A program made the translations under genes and the position numbers. Below, piece after piece: positions 8,082 to 16,187 of a stretch of DNA of 17,864 bases. The notes beneath the pieces are model-generated. The model was not told where the DNA came from. It did no database searches and saw only the letters and a program-made list of their open reading frames with translations. Within the stretch, counting starts at the first letter, position 1, and the number at the start of each line of letters is the position of its first letter. The stretch comes from Candidatus Hodarchaeota archaeon (GTDB lineage Archaea > Asgardarchaeota > Heimdallarchaeia > Hodarchaeales > Hodarchaeaceae): positions 1 through 17,864 of the forward strand of contig JAEOTQ010000150.1 in assembly GCA_016839785.1 (NCBI GenBank), read 5' to 3'.

Positions 8082-10347
8082 GAGAAGATTCATTATGGGG
8101 CATCCCTCTCAAAATCGTGTTCAATCTGAGATTAATTCGCGAACTCTTGTACTTTTTGATTCTCTTGAGAAAGCTACTGGTTCTATATATAATTTTTTTA
8201 ATTCTCTTGCAAACACAAATCAATTATTGGCCAGGGGTGTTATAATTGGTGAGGAAACACTATTTCAAGATAAAAATTTTAAAAAAATTGTCAAAGAATC
8301 AGATCTATTTCCTAAGGTAAAAGCATGTTTTCCAAGAGAAGTATCCTCGTTACTTGGATCAACTCATGATTTTATAATCCAAGATCTAAGGGAGAATTTT
8401 AATCCAAATAAATTGATTATCCTTGCAGAAACAGTAGTTGGTGGTGGGTTAATAATTCTAATTGGAGAAAAGCATGATTATTGGATCAAAACCGTGAATA
8501 AAAGTCGTTTCGGCCATTCTAAGAAATCAAATCTACTTATACGTTTTTTAAAAGAAATTAAGAACAATGAAAGCTGCAGACTCTCAGTTAATAAGGAGAT
8601 AAATCTTCATCCTTATTATAGACCAATTTCACTATCAAAAGTACTTTCTAAAGAAATTCTAAAGATTCCAATTTCAAATAGTCAGTACGATTTAATCAAA
8701 TCTCTTTCTAAAGAACTCGGAGAGAAAAAAAAGGAAAGTATTGTTAATGTAATCGTTGCTGATCGTGGAAGAGGAAAATCCGCTGCTACAGGACTGACCA
8801 TTGCTTATGCATTAATGAATTACATCACTAGTGAATGTCGGGTTACACTTACAGCTCAGACTATAGCTCAGACCCAGTCAATTTTCTTATTTGTTACATT
8901 AGGGTTTAATAGCTTAAAAGTAAAATATAATGTTCAACGATTAGAAGATCAAATAGTCGGAATATTTCTTGAAAATGGGAGTAAGATACAATATCGAAAT
9001 CCAGAAGAATTATCAAAGGATATAAAATCAACAATTCTAATTGTTGATGAAGCGGCCACATTTCCGCAATCTAAATTGACTGAAATTATATCTAGTAAGA
9101 CCAAAAAAGTATTGATTTCGACAATTCACGGTTATGAGGGAACGGGTAGGAGTTTTCAATATAAAATCCTGGATATGATTAAGAGAAAACCACAATACAA
9201 GATCAATTTATATTCACTAAATGATCCAATTCGATATTCTGCTGGTGATTTAATTGAAGCTCTCTTAAATGAAACATTCCTTCTACAGGTGGAACCACCA
9301 ATGATTGGATTGGAAGAGTTCGATAAAGTAAATGCTGATATTGAATTGTTATCTATCGATACGTCTTCAGAATTAATTTTTGAAAGGGAACTCAAATTAT
9401 TAAAAGAGATAATGGGCTTATTGATTTTTTCCCATTACAGAAATCAACCCAATGATCTTTTACTACTCACTGATTCCTACCGACATTCTCTTGCTTATCT
9501 TACTAGTTCTACCCAAGGTAACCAAAAATCTATCCTCTTAGCATGTCAACTAGCTATAGAAGGAGCTTTACCTGATTACGACATAGAAAAAATTGAAAAA
9601 GGACATTTTATTGAAGGTGATCTCATTCCAGCGGTTGCCATTCGATATTTCTCAACAGAATTTGCACAGTTCAAAGGTATAAGAATTGTCAGGATTGCAT
9701 CTCATCCGAAATTTAGAAATAAAGGTTTAGGGAGAATAGCTGTCGAAAATTTAATCAAAAGATACGAGTCACTTGACTGGATAGGGGTAAGTTTTGGAGC
9801 AACAGGAAAGTTGATTAAATTTTGGAAGAAATTTGGATTTAAAATTATCCATATTCGTCCGATAAAGACTCCAGAGACTTCAGAATGGAATATAGTACTT
9901 GTCAAGCCACTTTCAGATCGTGCAATTACTATTGTTGAAGAAGCCTCTCGAAACTTCTTTTTACAGTTTATTCATTTGTTAAAGCAGTCCTTATTTGACC
10001 TTAAACCTGAATTAGCTCTTTTAATCATCCACTCGTGTGTTTCAATTCCAAATTACCAAATGAAAATTACTCAGAGCGGAAATTATAGACTGAAGAAATA
10101 TATTGAAGGAAAAATTAATTTCTTATTAGCTGTGGACGTCCTGCAAGAATTAGCTATTGCTTATTTTGCTGCACACATTGATGTTAAGTTAAGCTCGTCT
10201 CAAGAATTACTTCTGATATCCAGAATTCTTCAAGGACGAACATGGGGCCAAACCTTAGGAAAAACAGGATTATCTTGGAAAGAAGCCAACGGTTTGTTAA
10301 TTAACGCTATAAAAAAGATCACAGGAGCCGTTTCAAATTTACCATAA
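8074..10347 (+). CDS. tmcA: tRNA/rRNA cytidine N4-acetyltransferase TmcA/Nat10
   Basis: ETVVGGGLIIL, Walker A ADRGRGKS, VDEAA, STIHGYEGTGRSF, PIRYSAGD, HYRNQPNDL, GNAT motif RIVRIASHP...GLG, GVSFGAT, FWKKFGF. Start is TTG 8074 (overlapping the upstream gene) or ATG 8095. Confidence 0.95.
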   Translation: MNERRFIMGHPSQNRVQSEINSRTLVLFDSLEKATGSIYNFFNSLANTNQLLARGVIIGEETLFQDKNFKKIVKESDLFPKVKACFPREVSSLLGSTHDFIIQDLRENFNPNKLIILAETVVGGGLIILIGEKHDYWIKTVNKSRFGHSKKSNLLIRFLKEIKNNESCRLSVNKEINLHPYYRPISLSKVLSKEILKIPISNSQYDLIKSLSKELGEKKKESIVNVIVADRGRGKSAATGLTIAYALMNYITSECRVTLTAQTIAQTQSIFLFVTLGFNSLKVKYNVQRLEDQIVGIFLENGSKIQYRNPEELSKDIKSTILIVDEAATFPQSKLTEIISSKTKKVLISTIHGYEGTGRSFQYKILDMIKRKPQYKINLYSLNDPIRYSAGDLIEALLNETFLLQVEPPMIGLEEFDKVNADIELLSIDTSSELIFERELKLLKEIMGLLIFSHYRNQPNDLLLLTDSYRHSLAYLTSSTQGNQKSILLACQLAIEGALPDYDIEKIEKGHFIEGDLIPAVAIRYFSTEFAQFKGIRIVRIASHPKFRNKGLGRIAVENLIKRYESLDWIGVSFGATGKLIKFWKKFGFKIIHIRPIKTPETSEWNIVLVKPLSDRAITIVEEASRNFFLQFIHLLKQSLFDLKPELALLIIHSCVSIPNYQMKITQSGNYRLKKYIEGKINFLLAVDVLQELAIAYFAAHIDVKLSSSQELLLISRILQGRTWGQTLGKTGLSWKEANGLLINAIKKITGAVSNLP

Positions 10348-10362
10348 AGAAAATTGATAATT

Positions 10363-10665
10363 TCAGATTTTTTTCTCCAGTAAATGATCAAGCGAAGACA
10401 CATCTTCTCTACTCACTTCATTATTTATTACGGCTTTTTGTGGGATAATGGAAATCTTATTATTGAAAGTTTTTGCTCGATATTTATCTATCTGAATTAT
10501 ACTACAAAACAGGCTCATAGAACAATTTATGGATGTTTTAAAGTCTGATCCATTAATGATTGTCAATTTTCCTTTATCACATTGACATATGATATCAAGA
10601 GATCCGTCCGTCCCCTGTTTCGAGGTTTTTGTGAGCTGATTGAAGAATGATTGCCAAGAAGACAT
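10363..10665 (-). CDS. Small hypothetical protein (100 aa)
   Basis: ATG-initiated ORF with GAAGG upstream, converging on tmcA with a 15-nt gap. No recognisable motif. Confidence 0.5.
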   Translation of the reverse strand: MSSWQSFFNQLTKTSKQGTDGSLDIICQCDKGKLTIINGSDFKTSINCSMSLFCSIIQIDKYRAKTFNNKISIIPQKAVINNEVSREDVSSLDHLLEKKI

Positions 10666-11067
10666 ATTTTTTTCCTTCTATTCGTTAACAAATGAATATT
10701 TACAGATTTAGAATTAATAGAAGCATGTTTTCCAGATGTCATGACGAATGTCTTTATTGAACAGATCTGAAAGGAAAGGCTATTTACAATTAATAGAGGG
10801 TCAATTTTTATTGAAATATTCTGGTTATCACCCTTATTTATTTCCAGAAGAATTCGTTACTGAATAATTCTTTCAAAAACAGAGGAACTTAAAGTATATA
10901 TTCCGAAACAGAAAAATCTTAAAAAATTGAGAACAATGAGTTCTATAAAGCACCTAATCTAGCATGGTGGGTCTTTCAATAATCATCAATATGTAGAAAT
11001 TTACCAAGTGCTTTGGAATCAGGCATCTGGACAATTAAATTGATCTATAGGGTGGTAATTCTTGTAA

Positions 11068-12369
11068 ATGGATATTTTAACAATTCTAATTGTTATTGGA
11101 CTTTTAATACTAATCATACGCAAGATCTGGAGCTCTAAAGGTAAACGAGTGCAGAATGCAATCCAGTTAGAGCAGCAAGGGAGGTATCTAGATGCTTTAG
11201 ATATATATTCCAAAATTTCAATTAGTCAGGCAGCAGATATGGTAATGCGAACACCAGAAGCTTCGCAAATTCTTGCATTAAGAAGCCTTGAGAGAAAATT
11301 TACCCCCCGAAACATCGAAAGAGCGTTTCTTAATCTAGCTCGCTTATATGGAGGAAAGAATGATCCTCATAAGTCATCTAAAGCCTATGTTTTTGCTAGG
11401 AAACCATTTGCTGCAGCAAAAGCCTATGTAGATATAGGAGGTATTGACTTTATACCAGCAGCAATTCAAGTGATTGATCAGAATTCACAGTTTATCCATG
11501 ATCGTGATCAGGCAATAAGGAATTTAGCTCGGCATGCATATTCTAATCAAAAGTTTCTTGAGGCTTCAGAACTTCTTAGAGCAATTGGAGCCGAAGAGGA
11601 GGCAAATACTGTACTAATTGCGGCCGCTTCAGAATTAAAAAAGCAAGGTTTTGATTCTCTGGCTAAACAATATCTTTCAACAACAAGTCATCCGAAAAAA
11701 GCCATGAAGCGATATATTCGTGATATTCAGGAAAGCTTCATGAAAGGAGATATTGAACAGGTTCGAAGATCTTTAAGTATCACAAATAGCCTAATAGGAA
11801 ATTTAACCGAGGATGACGAGGGAGAACTCAATAACGAAAATCAACAAATAATTGATAAAATACAAGAATTCGATAGAAGATTGAAAGTATTGGATTCAGC
11901 TAGAGATTTACTGAGAAAGAAAAATCTCAATCAATCTGTAGCTCTTTACGAAGAACTTGTAGAAAGTTTTGGTGATGAAGTGCCTGGATTTGTGTATGCA
12001 GAAGCAGCATTAGCAAATGAGGATAATAATCCTTCATACGCCGCTTCTCTTTATCAACAGGCCGCAGAATTAGTGAAGTCTAAGAAGGCTGCAAATTCAT
12101 TTAGATTACGTGCTAAGAATATAGAATTAGCCACGGAAAGGGGGTCATCTACAGTATCGACTGGGACTGCGTTTCTTGCAGAAGAAAGAGTTGAGGAAAA
12201 TTGTTCAGTTTGCCGAACTATAGTTTCTGATATTGATACATTGGTACGCTGCCCAGAGTGTGGATCACCAGCCCATTATGCCCATCTCGCAGAATGGTTG
12301 AAAATTCGCGGTTTTTGTCCAATCTGTAAAAAGAAAATTAAGGTCAAAAATCCAAAACGTCGTTATTAA
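11068..12369 (+). CDS. Membrane-anchored alpha-helical-repeat protein with C-terminal RING-like zinc finger (putative E3 ligase)
   Basis: N-terminal hydrophobic helix ILTILIVIGLLILII followed by RK; Ala-rich TPR/solenoid-like helices; C-terminal C-x2-C-x12-C-x2-C-x4-H-x2-H-x3-W-x6-C-P-x-C. Confidence 0.85.
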   Translation: MDILTILIVIGLLILIIRKIWSSKGKRVQNAIQLEQQGRYLDALDIYSKISISQAADMVMRTPEASQILALRSLERKFTPRNIERAFLNLARLYGGKNDPHKSSKAYVFARKPFAAAKAYVDIGGIDFIPAAIQVIDQNSQFIHDRDQAIRNLARHAYSNQKFLEASELLRAIGAEEEANTVLIAAASELKKQGFDSLAKQYLSTTSHPKKAMKRYIRDIQESFMKGDIEQVRRSLSITNSLIGNLTEDDEGELNNENQQIIDKIQEFDRRLKVLDSARDLLRKKNLNQSVALYEELVESFGDEVPGFVYAEAALANEDNNPSYAASLYQQAAELVKSKKAANSFRLRAKNIELATERGSSTVSTGTAFLAEERVEENCSVCRTIVSDIDTLVRCPECGSPAHYAHLAEWLKIRGFCPICKKKIKVKNPKRRY

Positions 12370-12395
12370 CTTGTGTAAAGAATTCACTGTGTCTT

Positions 12396-13079
12396 TTAGA
12401 TTCTTGTATGGAATTTTCGGGCGAAGAGGAGACGCTGAAAGGCTGAAATATTGGAGGCAATACCAATTATCAGTATAATAACCGCAAGAATACCAATATT
12501 GGTGAAGGGCCAAAGATTGGATAGAATATTTTCAATCAATAGAATTTCTAGAAGGCAACCTATCGATAATAAAGTTAATTTCTCTTTTCTTTCAAAGATA
12601 CCTTGAGTAGAATTCATATTTAAACCGCCACGGAGCTCTGCCGTCGAGCGAACATAGCTCGCTAAGATCATTCCCTCAAAGCAGAAAAAAACTAATTCAG
12701 GTATAACATAACCTCCAATCATAATACCTAACAAAAAGAAAAATTCTGAAAGTCTATCCAAAGTACGATCAAGTAATGCTCCAAAATGACCTGCAATTCC
12801 CCTTGCTCTCGCTAAACTTCCATCCATCATATCCAATAATGAAGATACTCCAAGTAAAAAAGTACCCATTAATAATCCTAAGCTTATTCCAATTTCAGGT
12901 CCAGATGCATATGCTACACAACTACAAATACTTGCTCCAACACTTAACATGGAAATCATGTTTGGTGTAATTCGTGTGTTCGCTAAGAGCCTGCCAGAGG
13001 GTGCAAAAAAAGCCTCATATTTTTTTCGTAAACCTTTCTTAGGGGTGGAGTTTGACACGTTATGTTCACACTTGTCCAA
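12396..13079 (-). CDS. CDP-alcohol phosphatidyltransferase (archaetidylinositol-phosphate synthase/PgsA-like)
   Basis: ITPNMIS and the signature D-x2-DG-x2-AR-x8-G-x3-D-x3-D (DMMDGSLARARGIAGHFGALLDRTLD), plus SYVRS and several TM segments. Confidence 0.93.
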   Translation of the reverse strand: MDKCEHNVSNSTPKKGLRKKYEAFFAPSGRLLANTRITPNMISMLSVGASICSCVAYASGPEIGISLGLLMGTFLLGVSSLLDMMDGSLARARGIAGHFGALLDRTLDRLSEFFFLLGIMIGGYVIPELVFFCFEGMILASYVRSTAELRGGLNMNSTQGIFERKEKLTLLSIGCLLEILLIENILSNLWPFTNIGILAVIILIIGIASNISAFQRLLFARKFHTRI

Positions 13080-13221
13080 GTAATCTAATCATCGAATTTC
13101 TTAGAATTTTTGGTATGTGATAAATTTTTTGCGTCAGAAATTTAAATTGATCAGAGTTTTCATTTATTATTAGGAATAAACTAATTTTTTCCTTTATCTG
13201 TAGATCCAGAGGAGAAATTTC

Positions 13222-14034
13222 GTGAATCAATTGCTAAATTTTTTGACTGATTACATACGGCAAAATTTACATTCTGAAGAGGTAGGAATTCTATACAGCG
13301 GGGGAATTGACTCATCCATCGTATTGAAGATTCTGATTGACGAAATTGGTTCAAATAAAATCAAAGCAGTCACCGTTGGAATGAAAAAGAGTTACGATGT
13401 TCAAAATGCCATGAATGGAGCTAAAGAATTAGGAATTAAGATTAATATTTATCTACTTGATTCTTCCATCATTAATTCGGCTATTGATAGCATTATTAGA
13501 ATGAATGTAGTTTCTGAGGTAGGAAAGTTAGCTATTGCCCTTCCTTTATATCTTGGTATGCGGTTTCTTCTCCAAAATAATATCAAGCAAGTTTTTCTCG
13601 GTCAAGGTGCAGATGAGCTTTTTGGTGGATATCAAAAATACGTTGATCTGTACAAAGATTCCAAAGAGGGGGAAATAAGGGATGTGATGAATTCTGATTT
13701 ACACTCACTTGTGACAAATCAGCAAATAATGGAGAAGAAGATTGCTAATAATTTAGGACTCACTCTTGTGTATCCTTTTCTTTCTCCAACCTTGATTAAA
13801 TTCGCGCAATCGATACCAATAAAGAATCATATTATAGGAAACCGAGGTCAACCAATACGTAAAGCTCTTCTTAGAAAATTGGCTTCGGATCTTAACTTAT
13901 CATCAACTGTGTCTAATCAACCTAAAAAAGCCCTTCAATATGGGTCAGGAACAGTGAAGCTTTTGAGGAAGATTGCCAAAGACGCTGGCTATCTAAATTT
14001 ACCTCTCTGGTTTGAACATTTTTCTCAAACTTGA
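13222..14034 (+). CDS. Asparagine synthase C-terminal (synthetase) domain protein without glutaminase domain
   Basis: PP-loop YSGGIDSS, GQGADELFGGY, YPFL, RKALLR, PKKALQYGSG. GTG start with GAGGAG upstream. Confidence 0.9.
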   Translation: MNQLLNFLTDYIRQNLHSEEVGILYSGGIDSSIVLKILIDEIGSNKIKAVTVGMKKSYDVQNAMNGAKELGIKINIYLLDSSIINSAIDSIIRMNVVSEVGKLAIALPLYLGMRFLLQNNIKQVFLGQGADELFGGYQKYVDLYKDSKEGEIRDVMNSDLHSLVTNQQIMEKKIANNLGLTLVYPFLSPTLIKFAQSIPIKNHIIGNRGQPIRKALLRKLASDLNLSSTVSNQPKKALQYGSGTVKLLRKIAKDAGYLNLPLWFEHFSQT

Positions 14035-15102
14035 AGGTTTTTCATACAAAGCAATTATCGATTTGTGATCCATTTGTATTATGAAGGTAGTCAAAGTATC
14101 GCGAATCATGAATTTCTTTTTATCTATTTGATCTATTGCTAATTTAACCTCATTAGAAGTGTGTCGAATTGAGAAGTGAATAGGTAAAAGTAAAAATAGA
14201 TTATTGAAGTCTTCTAGTGCCTCAACTAGCGATTGGAGGTCAGTATGCAGATCTAGATGATAGCTTTCGTGTTGAGCTAGGTATGTCGTTTCGTGGATAA
14301 TTACGTTACAATCTGAGAAGAAATCCAGAATTTTGGGATTGAGAGCGGTATCTCCAGAATAACCAAGAACAATATTTATATCACGAAAAATATCTGATCG
14401 CTTAATAGATCTTCCTTTAATTGTAATTGATTCATTGTTTGATTCTATCTGCCTGAGCGTGGAGTTAAAGGGTATTTCTAATTGACGAGCTTTTTCCACA
14501 TCAAGTTTTACTTTATTAAAAATAATTTTATACGCAACAGAACCTTGAGGGAGATGAGAATTATGTTCACAACTAAGTGTGTATCCTTGTTCAAGAATAA
14601 TCGATTCTCCCACCCCAATCACAATAATCTTCAGTAATTTGTTGATGATAATTCCAACTTCAATCGCTAAAAATCTATAGAGAAAGACATCATCAGAGAG
14701 TGGAAAATTCGAATCATCAAGTGAAAAAACATGTTTCATTCGAAGCTGTAGAGGGAGAGTCGAACCTTTTGGTATCACAAGATTTAGCGGTTCAAGTTCT
14801 CGTTTTTCTTTTTCTAATAGAACAATTCTATGTAAAATGTGTGGGAGACCTCCCCAATGATCAAAATGAAGATGAGAAAGGATAATATGAGAAATTTTTC
14901 CAAATGTGGGACGACCTAAAGCTTCAAGCTCGGTGTTATTTGTAGTTCCAATCACTTCATTCCAATTTTTTTGGAATCGAGCGAAGGCCTGAACGATTTC
15001 TGAAGGACATTCAAATAAGAACTTGTTATCTACCAAAAATGATGTAGTAGCATTATTCGCAGTTGGTACTGTTCCCCTTGATCCTATCACACCAATGATC
15101 AT
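13999..15102 (-). CDS. rnz: Ribonuclease Z (tRNA 3' endonuclease, short form), MBL fold
   Basis: IGSRGTVPT, SHLHFDHWGGL (HxHxDH), flexible arm KLDVEKARQLEIP, YSGDT, IHETTY, HTD, IHFSIRH. ATG at 15102 is preferred over GTG 15117. Confidence 0.88.
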   Translation of the reverse strand: MIIGVIGSRGTVPTANNATTSFLVDNKFLFECPSEIVQAFARFQKNWNEVIGTTNNTELEALGRPTFGKISHIILSHLHFDHWGGLPHILHRIVLLEKEKRELEPLNLVIPKGSTLPLQLRMKHVFSLDDSNFPLSDDVFLYRFLAIEVGIIINKLLKIIVIGVGESIILEQGYTLSCEHNSHLPQGSVAYKIIFNKVKLDVEKARQLEIPFNSTLRQIESNNESITIKGRSIKRSDIFRDINIVLGYSGDTALNPKILDFFSDCNVIIHETTYLAQHESYHLDLHTDLQSLVEALEDFNNLFLLLPIHFSIRHTSNEVKLAIDQIDKKKFMIRDTLTTFIIQMDHKSIIALYEKPSSLRKMFKPER

Positions 15103-15203
15103 TTTTTGTGAACACACCTAATGGTTCAAAAGAAGTAATCGTGGCAAGACTTTGGCATTGTCGCTATAAGGGACATAATTCTTGCAGAAAAATAGACGGA
15201 AGT

Positions 15204-15272
15204 TTATCCTTTCCTTCTTCGTTCTTTTCGTTTTCTTCTTCTTAGCCGTTTTTTCTTCCATTTTTCTCTCAA
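15204..15272 (-). CDS. rpl41e: Ribosomal protein L41e (eL41/eS32), 22 aa; absent from the ORF track
   Basis: TTG AGA GAA AAA TGG AAG... translates to MREKWKKKRLRRRKRKERRRKG*, matching the eL41 pattern MRAKWRKKRMRRLKRKRRK. Confidence 0.9.
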   Translation of the reverse strand: MREKWKKKRLRRRKRKERRRKG

Positions 15273-15318
15273 AGTACTTCACACTACTTAATAATTAATT
15301 ATACGTTATTTCTAATTG

Positions 15319-15759
15319 TTAGGCACCGCTTGATATAATCTCTTCAATCCATGCTTTAAATTTAACTTTTGGTGCTGCGCCAGCTCGTTGTGCTAATCGA
15401 TTACCTGATTTAAACATGATAAAAGTTGGCACAGAAAAAATTCGATATCTACCAGATGCTTGTGGGTTGTGATCAGTGTTAATTTTAAGAAAAACAACCT
15501 TATTGGTATATTCTCTGCTTAGTTCTTCATATATAGGAGCCATTACTTGACATGGTTTGCACCATGCATCAGCAGAAAAATCCACTAAAACTGGTAGGGG
15601 AGAGGATTGAACAATTCTATCGATATTTGAATCGTCAACGTGAGTGACACCATTTTGATTTACTTCATTGAAGAAAGATGCGTCTTTTTTTAGCGATGAA
15701 GCCTTCTTTTTCAAAATTTCTTGAAGTTCAGGATCAAATTCGGTCAATTTATCTTCCAT
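15319..15759 (-). CDS. trxA: Thioredoxin with N-terminal helical extension
   Basis: PVLVDFSADAWCKPC active site, FLKINTD, cis-Pro loop SVPTF, FKSG. Confidence 0.93.
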   Translation of the reverse strand: MEDKLTEFDPELQEILKKKASSLKKDASFFNEVNQNGVTHVDDSNIDRIVQSSPLPVLVDFSADAWCKPCQVMAPIYEELSREYTNKVVFLKINTDHNPQASGRYRIFSVPTFIMFKSGNRLAQRAGAAPKVKFKAWIEEIISSGA

Positions 15760-16187
15760 TCTCCTATCTGATTGACGTATTTGTCACCATGTTCATAGAA
15801 CACTCTATTCTACCCGAGAAAAAGAGGTTTTAAAAGGATTTCAGAAAACATTAGATTGAAATGAACTTATATTTGACAGGATCATTCTAAATATTTACTA
15901 TTTCTTAAATTCGTTACTTTTATCTTCCACACAGGACTTGGTACATAATATTACAGTGTTATTCATCAAAAATTAACAATCTGCTATAATTGGATAAGCT
16001 TAGTCCTGCGACCGTTCACTACAATCCCCTGAATTTCTTTAGTAACGCTTTTTTAATTTTCTAGGGTCAGATTTATTATAGAGAAATACAATCGCCATTT
16101 CAAAATGATTGATAAACCAACTCCTAGTCTCTTTCTATTGATACAAAATCACCCATTATAACGTCTATTTTCATAGGAGGATTCTAT

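Noticed and set aside
9156-9905. Minus-strand ORFs inside tmcA
   Set aside because: Antisense shadows without coding features.
11019-14885. Short ORFs 11019-11213, 12265-12513, 12776-12970 and 14700-14885
   Set aside because: They overlap stronger genes in other frames or strands and give no recognisable protein.
15118-15261. 47-codon ATG ORF on the minus strand (MEEKTAKKKKTKRTKKERINFRLFFCK...)
   Set aside because: Out-of-frame overlap with rpl41e, whose frame matches a known family; its Lys richness follows from the purine-rich L41e codons.
15930-16010. Long-range inverted repeat CAGGACT...AGTCCTG enclosing a minus-strand TGATGA (possible C/D-box or other sRNA)
   Set aside because: Only 7-9 bp of pairing across about 60 nt and no correctly placed D box inside the stem; compatible with chance.
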